64,000 nt of DNA from an uncultured Gemmatimonadaceae bacterium (lineage in GTDB: Bacteria; Gemmatimonadota; Gemmatimonadetes; Gemmatimonadales; Gemmatimonadaceae), in the NCBI GenBank assembly GCA_963790305.1, contig CAWBOC010000010.1, positions 288,001 through 352,000 of the forward strand, given 5' to 3'. The notes beneath the pieces were generated by a model. The model saw only the letters and a list, made by a program, of their open reading frames with translations, did not search any database and was not told where the DNA came from. Positions within the stretch are counted from its first letter, which is position 1, and the number at the start of each line of letters is the position of its first letter. Shown here in pieces: positions 37,495 through 47,367 of this stretch. The position numbers were made by a program, and so were the translations under genes.

Positions 37495-39960
37495 ATGACT
37501 CTCACGACATCCAGACCGTTGGCCGAGGAATCGGCGAATTACGACCCCGCCGCCATCGAGGAGAAGTGGCAGGCTCGCTGGCAGGCCCAGGGAACGAACC
37601 GCGCCGACCTCGATGCGGGCGAACGGCCCTACTACGTCCTGATGATGTTCCCGTACCCCTCTGCGGAGGGGCTGCACGTCGGCAACCTCTTCGCGTTCAC
37701 GGGGAACGACATCTTTGGACGATTCCAGCGCCTCCAAGGGCACACGGTGTTCGAGCCGATTGGCTTCGACGCCTTCGGCATCCACTCCGAGAATTACGCC
37801 CTGAAGGTCAATGTCCATCCGCGAGAGCTGATTCCCCAGAACATCGAGAATTTCCGGCGGCAGCTGCGTCGCGCGGGACTCATGCTGGATTGGGACCACG
37901 AGCTCTCGACGACCGACCCTCGGTACTACAAGTGGACGCAGTGGATTTTTCTCCAGCTGCTGAACCGCGGCCTCGCGTACAAGCAGAAGGCGGCGGTCAA
38001 CTGGTGCCCCTTCGACAAGACGGTGCTCGCCAACGAGCAGGTGATCAACGGCGCGTGCGAGCGCTGCGGGACGGCCGTCGAGCAGCGGTTCCTCGAGCAA
38101 TGGTTTTTCCGCATCACCGATTACGCCTCGCGGCTCCTCGACAACCTGGACTGGGTCGATTGGTCGGACTCGACGAAGAATGCGCAGCGGAACTGGATCG
38201 GGCGGTCGGAGGGCGCGGAGATCGTCTTTGAGGCCGAACGAGGACCGAGGAGCGCGGAGGCGGGCATTGCGGTCTTTACCACGCGCGCCGATACCATTTT
38301 TGGCGCGACCTATCTCGTGCTCGCCCCGGAGCATCCGCTGGTCGATTCGCTGACGACGGAGGCACGCCGCGCGGACGTCGCCGCCTACGTGGAGCGGACG
38401 AACCGGCAGGACCTAACGACTCGCAAGAGCGCGGAATCCCGCGAGAAGACCGGCGTCTTCACCGGCGCCTTCGCCCGCAATCCGGCCACTGGTGAGGCGA
38501 TGCCGATCTGGATCGCCGACTACGTGCTCATGGAGTACGGGACGGGCGCGATCATGGCCGTGCCCGGACACGACGAGCGGGATTTCGAGTTTGCGACGAA
38601 GTACGGTTTGCCGATCGTGCGCGTGGTGGCCGAATCCCCGCGCGAGGCGGACGCTCCGCTCGTCGCGCCGTATACCGATAACGAGCGCGGCGTGATCGTG
38701 CATTCGGCGCAATTCGATGGCGTGACGGTGCCGGAAGCCAAGCGGCGCATCGTCGCGTGGCTCGAGGCCGCGGGCGTCGCGAAGCCGGTGGTGAACTACC
38801 GGCTGCACGACTGGTGCATCTCCCGGCAGCGGTATTGGGGGCCGCCAATCCCCATCATCTATTGCGATGACTGTGGAATGCAGGGCGTCCCCGAGAAGGA
38901 CCTGCCGGTAGAGCTTCCGTACGTGAAGGACTTTCGTCCTGACGATACCGGGATCTCACCACTCGCGCGTCACGAAGAGTGGTACCGCGTCCCGTGTCCC
39001 GAATGTGGGAAGATGGGGCGCCGCGAGACCGACGTCTCGGACACGTTCCTCGACAGCGCGTGGTACTTCCTGCGCTACCCGAGCACCGAGCTCGAGGACC
39101 GGCCATTCGATCCCGCGCGCACACGGCAATGGCTGCCGGTCACGTCGTACATTGGCGGAAACGAGCATGCCGTGCTCCACCTGCTGTACTCGCGCTTCAT
39201 CACAATGGTGCTTCAGGAGCTTGGCCACCTCGACTTCGAGGAGCCGTTCAAGCGGTTCCGCGCGCACGGCATGATCGTGCGCGACGGCGCGAAGATGTCG
39301 AAGAGCCGCGGCAACGTCGTCGTGCCTGACGAGTACATTCGCGAGTGGGGCGCGGACGCCTTTCGCACCTACCTCATGTTCCTCGGCCCCTTCGAGGAGG
39401 GAGGCGATTTCCGTGACCGCGGCATCTCCGGCGTCCGCCGCTTCCTCGACCGCTTATGGGCCACGGTCCTCGAGCGGCGTGAGGATGGCGCCCCCGAGCC
39501 GCAGGTGCTGCGGAAGCTGCATCAGACCATCAGGAAGGTGAGCGACGACGTCCCGCGGCTTGGGTACAACACGGCCATCGCGGCGATGATGGAGTACATG
39601 AACGTGCTCCGAGCCGGTGAGCGACGGGCGCACCGCGCGGAAGTCGAAGCGCTGGTGCAGCTCGTGTCACCCTTCGCGCCGCACATCGCCGAAGAGCTAT
39701 GGGAACGTCTCGGGCACACGCGCGGCGTGTTCGAATCCGGCTGGCCGAGCTACGATCAGGCGCTCGCCGCGGAAGAAACGATCGAGCTCGTCGTTCAGGT
39801 GAACGGGAAGGTGCGTGGGCGCTTGAACGTCCCGCCGGAGATCACGAAGGAGGAGGCGCTGGCGGCGGCTCTGGCTGACCCGTCCATCCGGCGATTCGTG
39901 ACCGGCACGCCCACGAAGGTCATCTTCGTCCCCGGGCGGCTGCTCAATATCGTGGTCTAG
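37495..39960 (+). CDS. leuS: Leucine--tRNA ligase
   Basis: MFPYPS..LHVGN, VFTTR, YGTGAIMAVPGHDERD, SRQRYWG, KMSKS and VQVNGK. Confidence 0.97.
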   Translation: MTLTTSRPLAEESANYDPAAIEEKWQARWQAQGTNRADLDAGERPYYVLMMFPYPSAEGLHVGNLFAFTGNDIFGRFQRLQGHTVFEPIGFDAFGIHSENYALKVNVHPRELIPQNIENFRRQLRRAGLMLDWDHELSTTDPRYYKWTQWIFLQLLNRGLAYKQKAAVNWCPFDKTVLANEQVINGACERCGTAVEQRFLEQWFFRITDYASRLLDNLDWVDWSDSTKNAQRNWIGRSEGAEIVFEAERGPRSAEAGIAVFTTRADTIFGATYLVLAPEHPLVDSLTTEARRADVAAYVERTNRQDLTTRKSAESREKTGVFTGAFARNPATGEAMPIWIADYVLMEYGTGAIMAVPGHDERDFEFATKYGLPIVRVVAESPREADAPLVAPYTDNERGVIVHSAQFDGVTVPEAKRRIVAWLEAAGVAKPVVNYRLHDWCISRQRYWGPPIPIIYCDDCGMQGVPEKDLPVELPYVKDFRPDDTGISPLARHEEWYRVPCPECGKMGRRETDVSDTFLDSAWYFLRYPSTELEDRPFDPARTRQWLPVTSYIGGNEHAVLHLLYSRFITMVLQELGHLDFEEPFKRFRAHGMIVRDGAKMSKSRGNVVVPDEYIREWGADAFRTYLMFLGPFEEGGDFRDRGISGVRRFLDRLWATVLERREDGAPEPQVLRKLHQTIRKVSDDVPRLGYNTAIAAMMEYMNVLRAGERRAHRAEVEALVQLVSPFAPHIAEELWERLGHTRGVFESGWPSYDQALAAEETIELVVQVNGKVRGRLNVPPEITKEEALAAALADPSIRRFVTGTPTKVIFVPGRLLNIVV

Positions 39961-39983
39961 GCAGCGTTAGGCTGGCGCCGCCG

Positions 39984-40033
39984 AGCCCGTGCCGGATCGC
40001 TGGGGAGGCGTTGGATCTACGCCGGCACGGGCT
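39984..40033. terminator. Possible terminator or stabilising hairpin after leuS
   Basis: 12-bp stem AGCCCGTGCCGG/CCGGCACGGGCT with a long loop and no clear U tract. Confidence 0.35.
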
Positions 40034-40203
40034 TCGGGGCGTGCCGCACTGGTGCAGAGCCGGTGCCGCCCCGTCGCATCACGTTAACTGCTGACGCTGT
40101 AACGCTTTACCAATCCAGCCCTGGTTGTGAGGCCTGTCGCGGATGCGCGGCACTTGTCGACATTCGGCATCAGCGCCCCGCATGGGCCGCGGCCCTCGGT
40201 TGT

Positions 40204-40774
40204 TTACTCCTCGGCGAGAACGACCAGCGTTCCGCTCACCTCGGTGAACAGCGCCATTCACGTCGAGGAAGTCCGCGCCCGCAATGTCGATGACCGCACA
40301 GGGAGCCCCGCCGGCCGCACACGTTCGCGAATACGTCGCGCCGGATATGTCGGTCGCGAGATCAATGTACAGATATCCGTGCTCGAAGACGACCTTGATG
40401 ACCCCGTCGCCGGTGGCGCTGCCGCCGCCATGAAACGTCACGCGCGGATCAGAGAACGTGAGAACGTTGTCGGTGGATGTCGACAGACGAAGCCACCCAT
40501 TCACGCCTCCACCACCAACGAAGTATCGCCCGTCGAGCGAGAACTCCAGTGGTCCGGTGACCGCGGGCGGCTCGTCCGCGAAAGCGAGGTCGCTCGTCGC
40601 AAGGAGTGTCGGCGTGCCGAAGATTCCGAGCACTTCGGCGTCCTCTGGGGGCGGGGGGGGATCGCCGAGCCTGGCGAGAGCAACGCCCGGATTCGTCGAC
40701 GGCTCAAGACCTAGCGGGGTCTCGCAGGCAAGGAGGGCCAAGGAGACGAGCGCGAGTGCGGAAAGGCGGAGCAT
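40204..40774 (-). CDS. Hypothetical lipoprotein, probable frameshift near 40256
   Basis: LLAC lipobox. The ORF-track tail to 40079 looks out of frame; the +1 frame ends ALFTEVSGTLVVLAEE*. Confidence 0.55.
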
Positions 40775-40851
40775 GGGTAGTCCTTGTGCAAGGTGTGAGA
40801 AGGCGTCGAGGCGGAAGCATGGGCAATGCGACGGGTAGCGCAGCGCGGGCG

Positions 40852-43770
40852 CTATGGGACGGCGGACGTCGCGACGGTGTATGGCGACCGCTCGCCCATG
40901 CGCTCCAGTGCTCGCGACGCGCGCACGACGACGGACTGCAGGGAGGGGTCGGCTCGCGCCCATGCGCGCATCACGCGTCCGTATGCCTCCACGGCCGTGC
41001 GCCGATCTCCAAGCCGTTCGGCGACGCCACCATGCTCGACGAGGAACAGCATCTCCAGGGGACTCAGCAGCGAATAGAGACGTTCCTGGAGGAGGCGCTC
41101 CGCCGCGCGCAAGTCACCGCGCGACGAGAGCAGCCGAGCATGCATGAGGCGATCGGCATAGCACGTTAGGCACAGCGTGTCGGAGAGTGTCGCGAACTCG
41201 CGCAGCGCCTGCACCGTATCGTGCCGCGCGAGCGCGAGGTAGGCGCGCGTCGCGCCGAGCACGTGGTGGGCCGACCGACGTGTGGCCGCATCGCCGCTCG
41301 CCAGCCCTCCTTCCGCAATGCGCGCCATGCGCTCGATCAATGCGACGTCCTTCCGTTGCCCCCACCAGGGCAGCGCGAGCGCCGCGGTAAGCTTTCCGCC
41401 TTCGAGCCAATCGCGGAACGTCGCTCGCGCCGTCTCTTCCGAAATCGCGTCGAGCAGCGCGAGCTCCGACACGAATCGGAGGCTCGGCTTCCGCGCGACG
41501 GCGCTTGCCTCGCTGAGGTGGCCCCGGTACGCAAGAGCCATCGCCAGCCGGGACTCCCACGTGCGGAGGTCCTCCTCCGTTTCAGCGGACTGAGCCAGCT
41601 TGCGGGCAATCCGCACCGCGAGCTCCGCGGTGTCCGTCAACCGGCGCAACGCGAACCATGCGTTCGTGAGGACGTCCCGTGACTCGAGCGCCACTCGCTG
41701 ACCCACCGACTCGTTGGACGCTCCCTCGTCGAGCAGCGCGTTCACGAGTCGTATGCCTTCCGCCTCGGCGTCGGTTGGGCCCAGCGCGAGATAGGCGTTC
41801 GCGTACCGCCGAGCGACTTTCGCACCGTGATGCGTCAGCGCGTGCTCGATCGCGTGGATGTACGCGGGAGCGAACGCCGAATCCAGCGCGATGGCCTGGT
41901 CGAATGCCTCCAGCACGCTCGCGTCCGACACCCGCACGGGAGAGCCGTAGCCATAGTGGTGCCGGGCCTCCCCAAGCGCGGCCCATACTTCCGGATCATC
42001 GCGGTACAGGCGCGACGCCGACTCGAGCGACGAGAAGAGGCGTCGTGCGTGCATCCAGTAGCGCCCATCTCGATCGGGGAGCGTCATGGCGGCCGCAAGG
42101 GAGTCCGCGACGAGCAGCAACGAGTCCCGCGGTGGGAGTCCCCGATTGAACATCCCGGCGCGAAGGCGCGTCGCGGTCACCAGCGAATCGAGTCCCCCTC
42201 GCTGCCAATAGCGTGTGAGCCCAAATCGGCGAAACGCGAGCGCAAACGTCGTATCGGTGGAAAATGCCAGCTCATACTGCGCGAGCGCGGAGTCCCAGGC
42301 GGTTCGGCGATAGTATTGTTCACCGCGGAGGAACGCCTTCAGCGCGGGCATGGACGTCGATCCAAGCGAGGAGCTGCGAACGGCGCCAATGGGGCGCGTT
42401 CGGCCCAGCTCGCGCAAAAGCCCGATCGAGACGGAGTCAGCGAGGCGTGCCATCTGTGACGTCGCATCCCGGCGCTCGATCTCAATGCCGATGCGAGTGC
42501 CGCGGCGGACGTCGTAGAGAGTCGCAGAGAGCTCGACGGAATCCGCCCCGACGCCGAGAACGGTCCCGTACACCACCAGGCCAGCACCGGTACGTTCCCC
42601 GAGTGACGCTGCCGACGCGGCGTCGGCGCGGCCCCTCCATCGTTTCAGCACCACCACGGATGACACGGAGCGCAGGGGACCGGCGCCATCGAGCTTGCGC
42701 GCGAGGACGTCGACGATTCCCTCCCGCCACAGCGCTCGCGTCTCGGCGTCGGGTGCGATCACGTCGAATGGCGCGACCGCGACCACGTCCGGGTCGAGAG
42801 AGGAGGTCAACGCTCCGCGTGCGAAGACCGCACCGCCCCCGAGCGCAGCGACGGTGAGGCAGGCTGCGACGATCTTCGCTCCGCGGGAGGGTACCGGTAT
42901 GCGAAAGCCGGGGATCTGCGTGGTCGGCAGGCGTCCCGCTTCCAACGCGTCACGCAGCATCTCCGCCGTATGCCACCGGTCCTTCGGGTCCTTCGCCATG
43001 GCGCGGGCGATTGCGTCACTCACGACCCGCGGGATCTCGGGGCGCTCCCGACTCAGGGGGTTTGCGTCCTCGGTGAGATGGGCGACGAGCAACGCTTGCG
43101 CAGTCGTCGCCTCGAATGGGGGGTGGCCGGCCAGGATCTCGTATGCCACAATGCCGAGCGCGTAAATGTCCGCTCGGCCATCTACCTCGCGCTCACCGGC
43201 AGCCTGCTCCGGCGCCATGTACCCGATGGTGCCGAGCGCCATCCCCGAGGCGGTGAGGCGATTGCTGGACGTGTCCCCCGCGTGCAGCGCGTGCGCGATC
43301 CCGAAGTCGGCCAGCACCGCGTGCTTGCCCTCGAGCAGGATGTTCTCTGGCTTAATGTCGCGGTGAATGACGCCCTCGGCGTGCGCATACGCGAGCGCGT
43401 CGGCGACCTCGCACAGGATGCGCACCGCATCGTTCACGTCCAGCCGTCCCTCTCGGCGTAGGCGAGCGCGAAGCGATTCGCCCGGCACATACGGCATGAT
43501 GTAGTAGAGGAAATCGCCGCGCTGTCCGGCGGCGAGGATCGGCAGAACGTGCGGGTGCTGCAGCTGCGCCGTCACCTGGCTTTCGCGCGCGAAGCGCGCG
43601 GCGCTGACGTCGTGTGTCAGCTCGGGCGGCAGGATCTTGATGACGACCTGTCGGTTGAGCGAGTGGTCGCGCGCGAGAAAAAGGCGGCTCATTCCGCCGC
43701 CGGGCAACTCTCGCTCGACGGCGTAGCCGTCGGCAAAACCGGTCCTGAGAAGGTCGAGCAGGTCGGTCAC
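40852..43770 (-). CDS. Ser/Thr kinase with transmembrane helix and TPR-like region (paralogous architecture to 26978)
   Basis: GGGMS, VVIK, HRDIKPEN, DFGIA and YMAPEQ. Confidence 0.92.
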   Translation of the reverse strand: MTDLLDLLRTGFADGYAVERELPGGGMSRLFLARDHSLNRQVVIKILPPELTHDVSAARFARESQVTAQLQHPHVLPILAAGQRGDFLYYIMPYVPGESLRARLRREGRLDVNDAVRILCEVADALAYAHAEGVIHRDIKPENILLEGKHAVLADFGIAHALHAGDTSSNRLTASGMALGTIGYMAPEQAAGEREVDGRADIYALGIVAYEILAGHPPFEATTAQALLVAHLTEDANPLSRERPEIPRVVSDAIARAMAKDPKDRWHTAEMLRDALEAGRLPTTQIPGFRIPVPSRGAKIVAACLTVAALGGGAVFARGALTSSLDPDVVAVAPFDVIAPDAETRALWREGIVDVLARKLDGAGPLRSVSSVVVLKRWRGRADAASAASLGERTGAGLVVYGTVLGVGADSVELSATLYDVRRGTRIGIEIERRDATSQMARLADSVSIGLLRELGRTRPIGAVRSSSLGSTSMPALKAFLRGEQYYRRTAWDSALAQYELAFSTDTTFALAFRRFGLTRYWQRGGLDSLVTATRLRAGMFNRGLPPRDSLLLVADSLAAAMTLPDRDGRYWMHARRLFSSLESASRLYRDDPEVWAALGEARHHYGYGSPVRVSDASVLEAFDQAIALDSAFAPAYIHAIEHALTHHGAKVARRYANAYLALGPTDAEAEGIRLVNALLDEGASNESVGQRVALESRDVLTNAWFALRRLTDTAELAVRIARKLAQSAETEEDLRTWESRLAMALAYRGHLSEASAVARKPSLRFVSELALLDAISEETARATFRDWLEGGKLTAALALPWWGQRKDVALIERMARIAEGGLASGDAATRRSAHHVLGATRAYLALARHDTVQALREFATLSDTLCLTCYADRLMHARLLSSRGDLRAAERLLQERLYSLLSPLEMLFLVEHGGVAERLGDRRTAVEAYGRVMRAWARADPSLQSVVVRASRALERMGERSPYTVATSAVP

Positions 43771-43898
43771 AACGAAGGAGTGGTGGTGCGGGCGGATGGC
43801 GGGGGTCCCGCGACCGGGCGCTCACGTGGCGCCGAACCGCTTTCCGCTGCTCGAAGATATGGCGGAAGCCCTCGGCACGCGATAGTTGCGTCGACGCC

Positions 43899-45029
43899 TC
43901 AGAGGATTCGTGACACCCAGTCGCCAACGAAGTACCCAACCACGGCGACTCCGAGTCCGACGACGAACATGTCCATGCCCGAGCGAATGATCCCGCGGCC
44001 GGTGAAGACCGAGCGCGCGGCACCGACGAGAAAGTGAGAGGCCATCGAGACGATGAACGACAGCCAGATCGCCGGCATGCCTTCCAGGAAGAGGAAGGGA
44101 GCGACCGGGATAGCCGCACCGAAGGCCGTCGCCAGACCGGTGACCCACCCTTCGCGCAGCGGGGATGCGCCCTGCTCGCCGATCTTCAGCTCCTCCTGCA
44201 CCTTCTCATCGAGCATGCGCTTGGGATCCGCCATGACTTCCGTCGCCAGGGCGTGCGCCGCGTCGGCATGCATCCCTTTCGCCTCGTAGATGAGCGCCAG
44301 CTCGTCGCGCTCCACCTCGGGCATGAGCTCGATCTCCTGCCGCTCCATCGAGATCTCGTGCGCGTATACCTCCTGCTCGCTCTTGGCGGCGAGGTATCCG
44401 CTCGAACCCATCGAAAGGGCGTCGGCGATGAGGCCGGCCACACCCGCGACGATGATGGTGGCATGTGCGCTGATCGACGCGGCACCGAGCACGCCGGCGA
44501 CGAGTCCAAAGTTCGCGGTGAGGCCGTCGTTGAATCCGTACACGACGTTTCGGAGGAACCCTCCGGACTCGGCGCGGTGCCACGGTTCGGCGGACTTGCC
44601 CGATATCGCCGCAAGCGTGCTCGCATGCTCCGCGGACTCGCGCGCGAGCACCAGCGCCTCGCTGCCCCCCACCGCCCCGCGTGGTGTCGATTTATGCAGC
44701 GCCAGGTAGTCCTTTACCTCACGTCCCTCTTCAGCCAGCAGCAACGGAAGAAGGAAGTTGGGGCCGAACCGTCGGCCCAGGAACGCGAGGATCCGCGCCC
44801 GCGCACTCGGGCGGTGCCCCGAAGGGGGCTGACCGTTTCGGGTGAGGAGCTCCGCCCAGATCTGGACGTGGCGGTCCTCGACCTCGGCCAGCCGCGCGTA
44901 GATGCCGCGGCGCTTTGGGTCGCTTTCCGAGGAGGCGAGAACGCGATACAGGAAAGCCGCGTCCCCCTCGTCCTGCCAATGGTGCTGGAAATCGTGGAGG
45001 TCCGGCCCAGCGGGGTGCGTGTTGGGCAT
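43899..45029 (-). CDS. VIT1/CCC1 family transporter with N-terminal ferritin-like domain
   Basis: EDRH and ESAEH ExxH-type motifs, VYGFNDGL and ALSMGSSGYL. Confidence 0.88.
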   Translation of the reverse strand: MPNTHPAGPDLHDFQHHWQDEGDAAFLYRVLASSESDPKRRGIYARLAEVEDRHVQIWAELLTRNGQPPSGHRPSARARILAFLGRRFGPNFLLPLLLAEEGREVKDYLALHKSTPRGAVGGSEALVLARESAEHASTLAAISGKSAEPWHRAESGGFLRNVVYGFNDGLTANFGLVAGVLGAASISAHATIIVAGVAGLIADALSMGSSGYLAAKSEQEVYAHEISMERQEIELMPEVERDELALIYEAKGMHADAAHALATEVMADPKRMLDEKVQEELKIGEQGASPLREGWVTGLATAFGAAIPVAPFLFLEGMPAIWLSFIVSMASHFLVGAARSVFTGRGIIRSGMDMFVVGLGVAVVGYFVGDWVSRIL

Positions 45030-45169
45030 GTCGCAATATGCGCTGGACGGGCGGGACGGAGAATGCCTCGGCAGTGCCGAAGGCTCGCGAGAGGCCCGGT
45101 TCCAGCCGACCGTGAACGGGTGGGACCGTTTGGAACGGGCCGGAACGGCTTCCGGCCCGCTCCTAACGC

Positions 45170-45871
45170 CTAACGACCGCCGAATGTGATCGCCAGACCG
45201 ATCACCGTGTCGCCCTCGTCGATGAACACTTTCTGGAATCCGGCGGTCACCCCGAACCCGGCACGACTGATGAGGCCGAGGCCGCCACCGAGCATGGGAC
45301 GGATACCTGTTTCACTCTCGTCACCGGTGATCACGCCCAATCCGACCCCGGGCGTAAGGAAGGGGACGACCTGAAGCCCATCGGCCGCGCCGGCGACCAG
45401 GCTGAAGGGGAGGGAAAGGGAGGCCGACAGCAGGTAGGCATCCGCGCCCTCCGCCGTGGGGATGCCCGCTCCGATCGCCGTCATCATACCGACGCCGAAG
45501 CGTCCGTCGGCCATCGCGCGTTCCACGAGTGGTGTCGTCCAGTCGGCGCCGACCATGATGAGGGCGTCGCAACCGGAGCAGGCCTGGGCACCTGCCGTTA
45601 GGCCCAACCGCCCAGGGCCCGCCGGCAAGTCGGCGGTAACCCCAATGTGGTGAAGTGGGTCATCGTCCTCGCCGATCTGTCCGTATCTCAGCGATACCGC
45701 CCCGCTTGCCGGACGGCCCACTCCCGCGGCGCTCGCCAGTGGAGCGAAGCCGCCCGTTGGGGTGAGGGTGAGAGCTAGATACGCCCAGAAGTCGCCTTCG
45801 CTCTGCGCCTGCAATGGTGTCGCGACCGAGAGTACGGACATCAGGGGGAAGAGCAGGATTGCGCGTCGCAT
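45170..45871 (-). CDS. Hypothetical secreted, beta-barrel-like protein
   Basis: Signal peptide, alternating Gly/hydrophobic strands and a near-terminal Phe. Confidence 0.6.
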   Translation of the reverse strand: MRRAILLFPLMSVLSVATPLQAQSEGDFWAYLALTLTPTGGFAPLASAAGVGRPASGAVSLRYGQIGEDDDPLHHIGVTADLPAGPGRLGLTAGAQACSGCDALIMVGADWTTPLVERAMADGRFGVGMMTAIGAGIPTAEGADAYLLSASLSLPFSLVAGAADGLQVVPFLTPGVGLGVITGDESETGIRPMLGGGLGLISRAGFGVTAGFQKVFIDEGDTVIGLAITFGGR

Positions 45872-46015
45872 ACGACCTCCCGGTGAGAGTAGGCTGCACC
45901 GTACGGTCGCAATGTCGAGATCGCCGGAACGCAAACCCATACGCCAAATGACGTAGCGGTGTCGTAGGCGTACCCCAAGGGAAATCGGTTTGGGCTCCCT
46001 CCCGAAGGCGTTCAG

Positions 46016-46045
46016 GCAACCCTTTCGACGACCCCCCGTGTCTGA
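46016..46045 (+). promoter_or_regulatory. Possible ECF-sigma promoter
   Basis: GCAACC followed about 18 nt later by GTCTGA, upstream of the PDZ gene; resembles the AAC...GTC pattern of ECF promoters. Confidence 0.35.
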
Positions 46046-46079
46046 CCTGACGGAACACGCCAACCTATGAGGTCAAACT

Positions 46080-47222
46080 ATGCTGCTTCGTGAATCCACC
46101 CTGGCTGCGCTCGCGGTCGTGTTGCTCCCCTGGTACGCGTTCGGTCAGGAGCAAGAGCGCGAACGTGAACGTGAGCGCGAGCGGGAACGGACCCCGAGCC
46201 CTCGCGTCTGGTCCATCGGCGGGGAAGACGATGAACGCGCAGTGCTCGGAATCGGCACCTCGAGCGGCGGCGAGCGTGACACGCTCGGTCTGCTCATTAC
46301 CTCCGTCACGTCAGGCGGACCCGCCGAGCAGGCGGGCCTGGAAGAGGGGAACCGGATCGCCGCGGTCAACGGCGTGAAGCTCACGCTGTCCAGCGCCGAT
46401 GCCGGTGAGCCGGACATGTCGGGCATCCTGTCGCGCCGCTTCACGCGGGAGCTTCGCAAGGTGAAGCCGGGTGACAACGTCGAGCTCCGCGTCTACGACG
46501 ACGGGCAGTTCCGCACCGTTCGCGTGAAGACGATTGCCGCCGCCGACCTTCCCACCCGGCGCCGCGTCTCGCGGGCCGATCTCGATGAGCGCCCCGTGCT
46601 CGGCCTGGGTCTGGGTAGCAGTGGCAGCAAGCGCGACACGATCGGCATTTTCGTCAGCAGCGTGATGGAGTCGGGTCCGGCCGAGAAAGCTGGAATCTTC
46701 GAGGGCGATCGGATCGCCGCGATCAATGGGGTCGACGTTCGCGTGAGGTCCGAGGATGCGGGCGACGCGCAGATCGCCGGTGCACGGATTCAGCGCTTCC
46801 GTCGCGAGATCGCGAAGGCGAAGCCCGGCGACAACGTCGAGCTCCGCGTGTGGTCGGACGGCGGGTACAAGACGGTGCGGGTCACCCTGGGCAAGGCGTC
46901 GGATTTTCAGCAGAACCGGCGTGGCATGTCATTCCATTACGAGGGCGATGACGTGTCGTTTCCGCGGGTCCACATAGCGCCAATGCCTCCCATTCCCCCA
47001 ATGCCCCCGATGGGGCCCATGATTCGCGGGGAGTTCGACTTCGATTTCGATTTCGACCATGAAGCGATCGGGGACGCCGCGCGCGAAGCAGTACGCGCGG
47101 TGCGGGTGAATGCCAACGCGATTCGGGCCGCGACCGCCGACGCGCGGTCGATCGCCGTTCGCGCCGCCGCCGAGGCGCGTGCGGCCGCGCGGGCGGGGAT
47201 GTATACGCAGGGGTGGTTTTAG
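46080..47222 (+). CDS. Secreted tandem-PDZ protein
   Basis: Signal peptide and two internally duplicated PDZ domains (LGI...GPAEQAGL..G.RIAAVNG); no protease domain. Confidence 0.85.
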   Translation: MLLRESTLAALAVVLLPWYAFGQEQERERERERERERTPSPRVWSIGGEDDERAVLGIGTSSGGERDTLGLLITSVTSGGPAEQAGLEEGNRIAAVNGVKLTLSSADAGEPDMSGILSRRFTRELRKVKPGDNVELRVYDDGQFRTVRVKTIAAADLPTRRRVSRADLDERPVLGLGLGSSGSKRDTIGIFVSSVMESGPAEKAGIFEGDRIAAINGVDVRVRSEDAGDAQIAGARIQRFRREIAKAKPGDNVELRVWSDGGYKTVRVTLGKASDFQQNRRGMSFHYEGDDVSFPRVHIAPMPPIPPMPPMGPMIRGEFDFDFDFDHEAIGDAAREAVRAVRVNANAIRAATADARSIAVRAAAEARAAARAGMYTQGWF

Positions 47223-47367
47223 GGATCAGGAGTCAGGAGTCAGGGGTCAGGGGTGGAATGCGGCGCGGCTTCGCCGCAGCCGCGTCATCAGATGAGCAAA
47301 CGGCCGCGCAGTGCGCGGCCGTTTGCCTTTCCACCCCTGACCCCTGACTCCTGACTCCTGATCCCTA
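47220..47367. mobile_element. TA-bounded (TCAGGRG)n-armed element with branched core, copy C
   Basis: Perfect 39-bp arms from TAGGGA to TGGAA; the core is closely similar to copy A. Confidence 0.7.

Noticed and set aside
45136..45159. Terminator hairpin after the beta-barrel-like gene
   Set aside because: A 10-bp stem is present but there is no convincing U tract, so it is too weak to call.
47254..47333. tRNA suggested by a cloverleaf-like core
   Set aside because: There is no T-loop (TTCRA), no D-loop GG and no 7-nt anticodon loop, and the stems are the wrong lengths.
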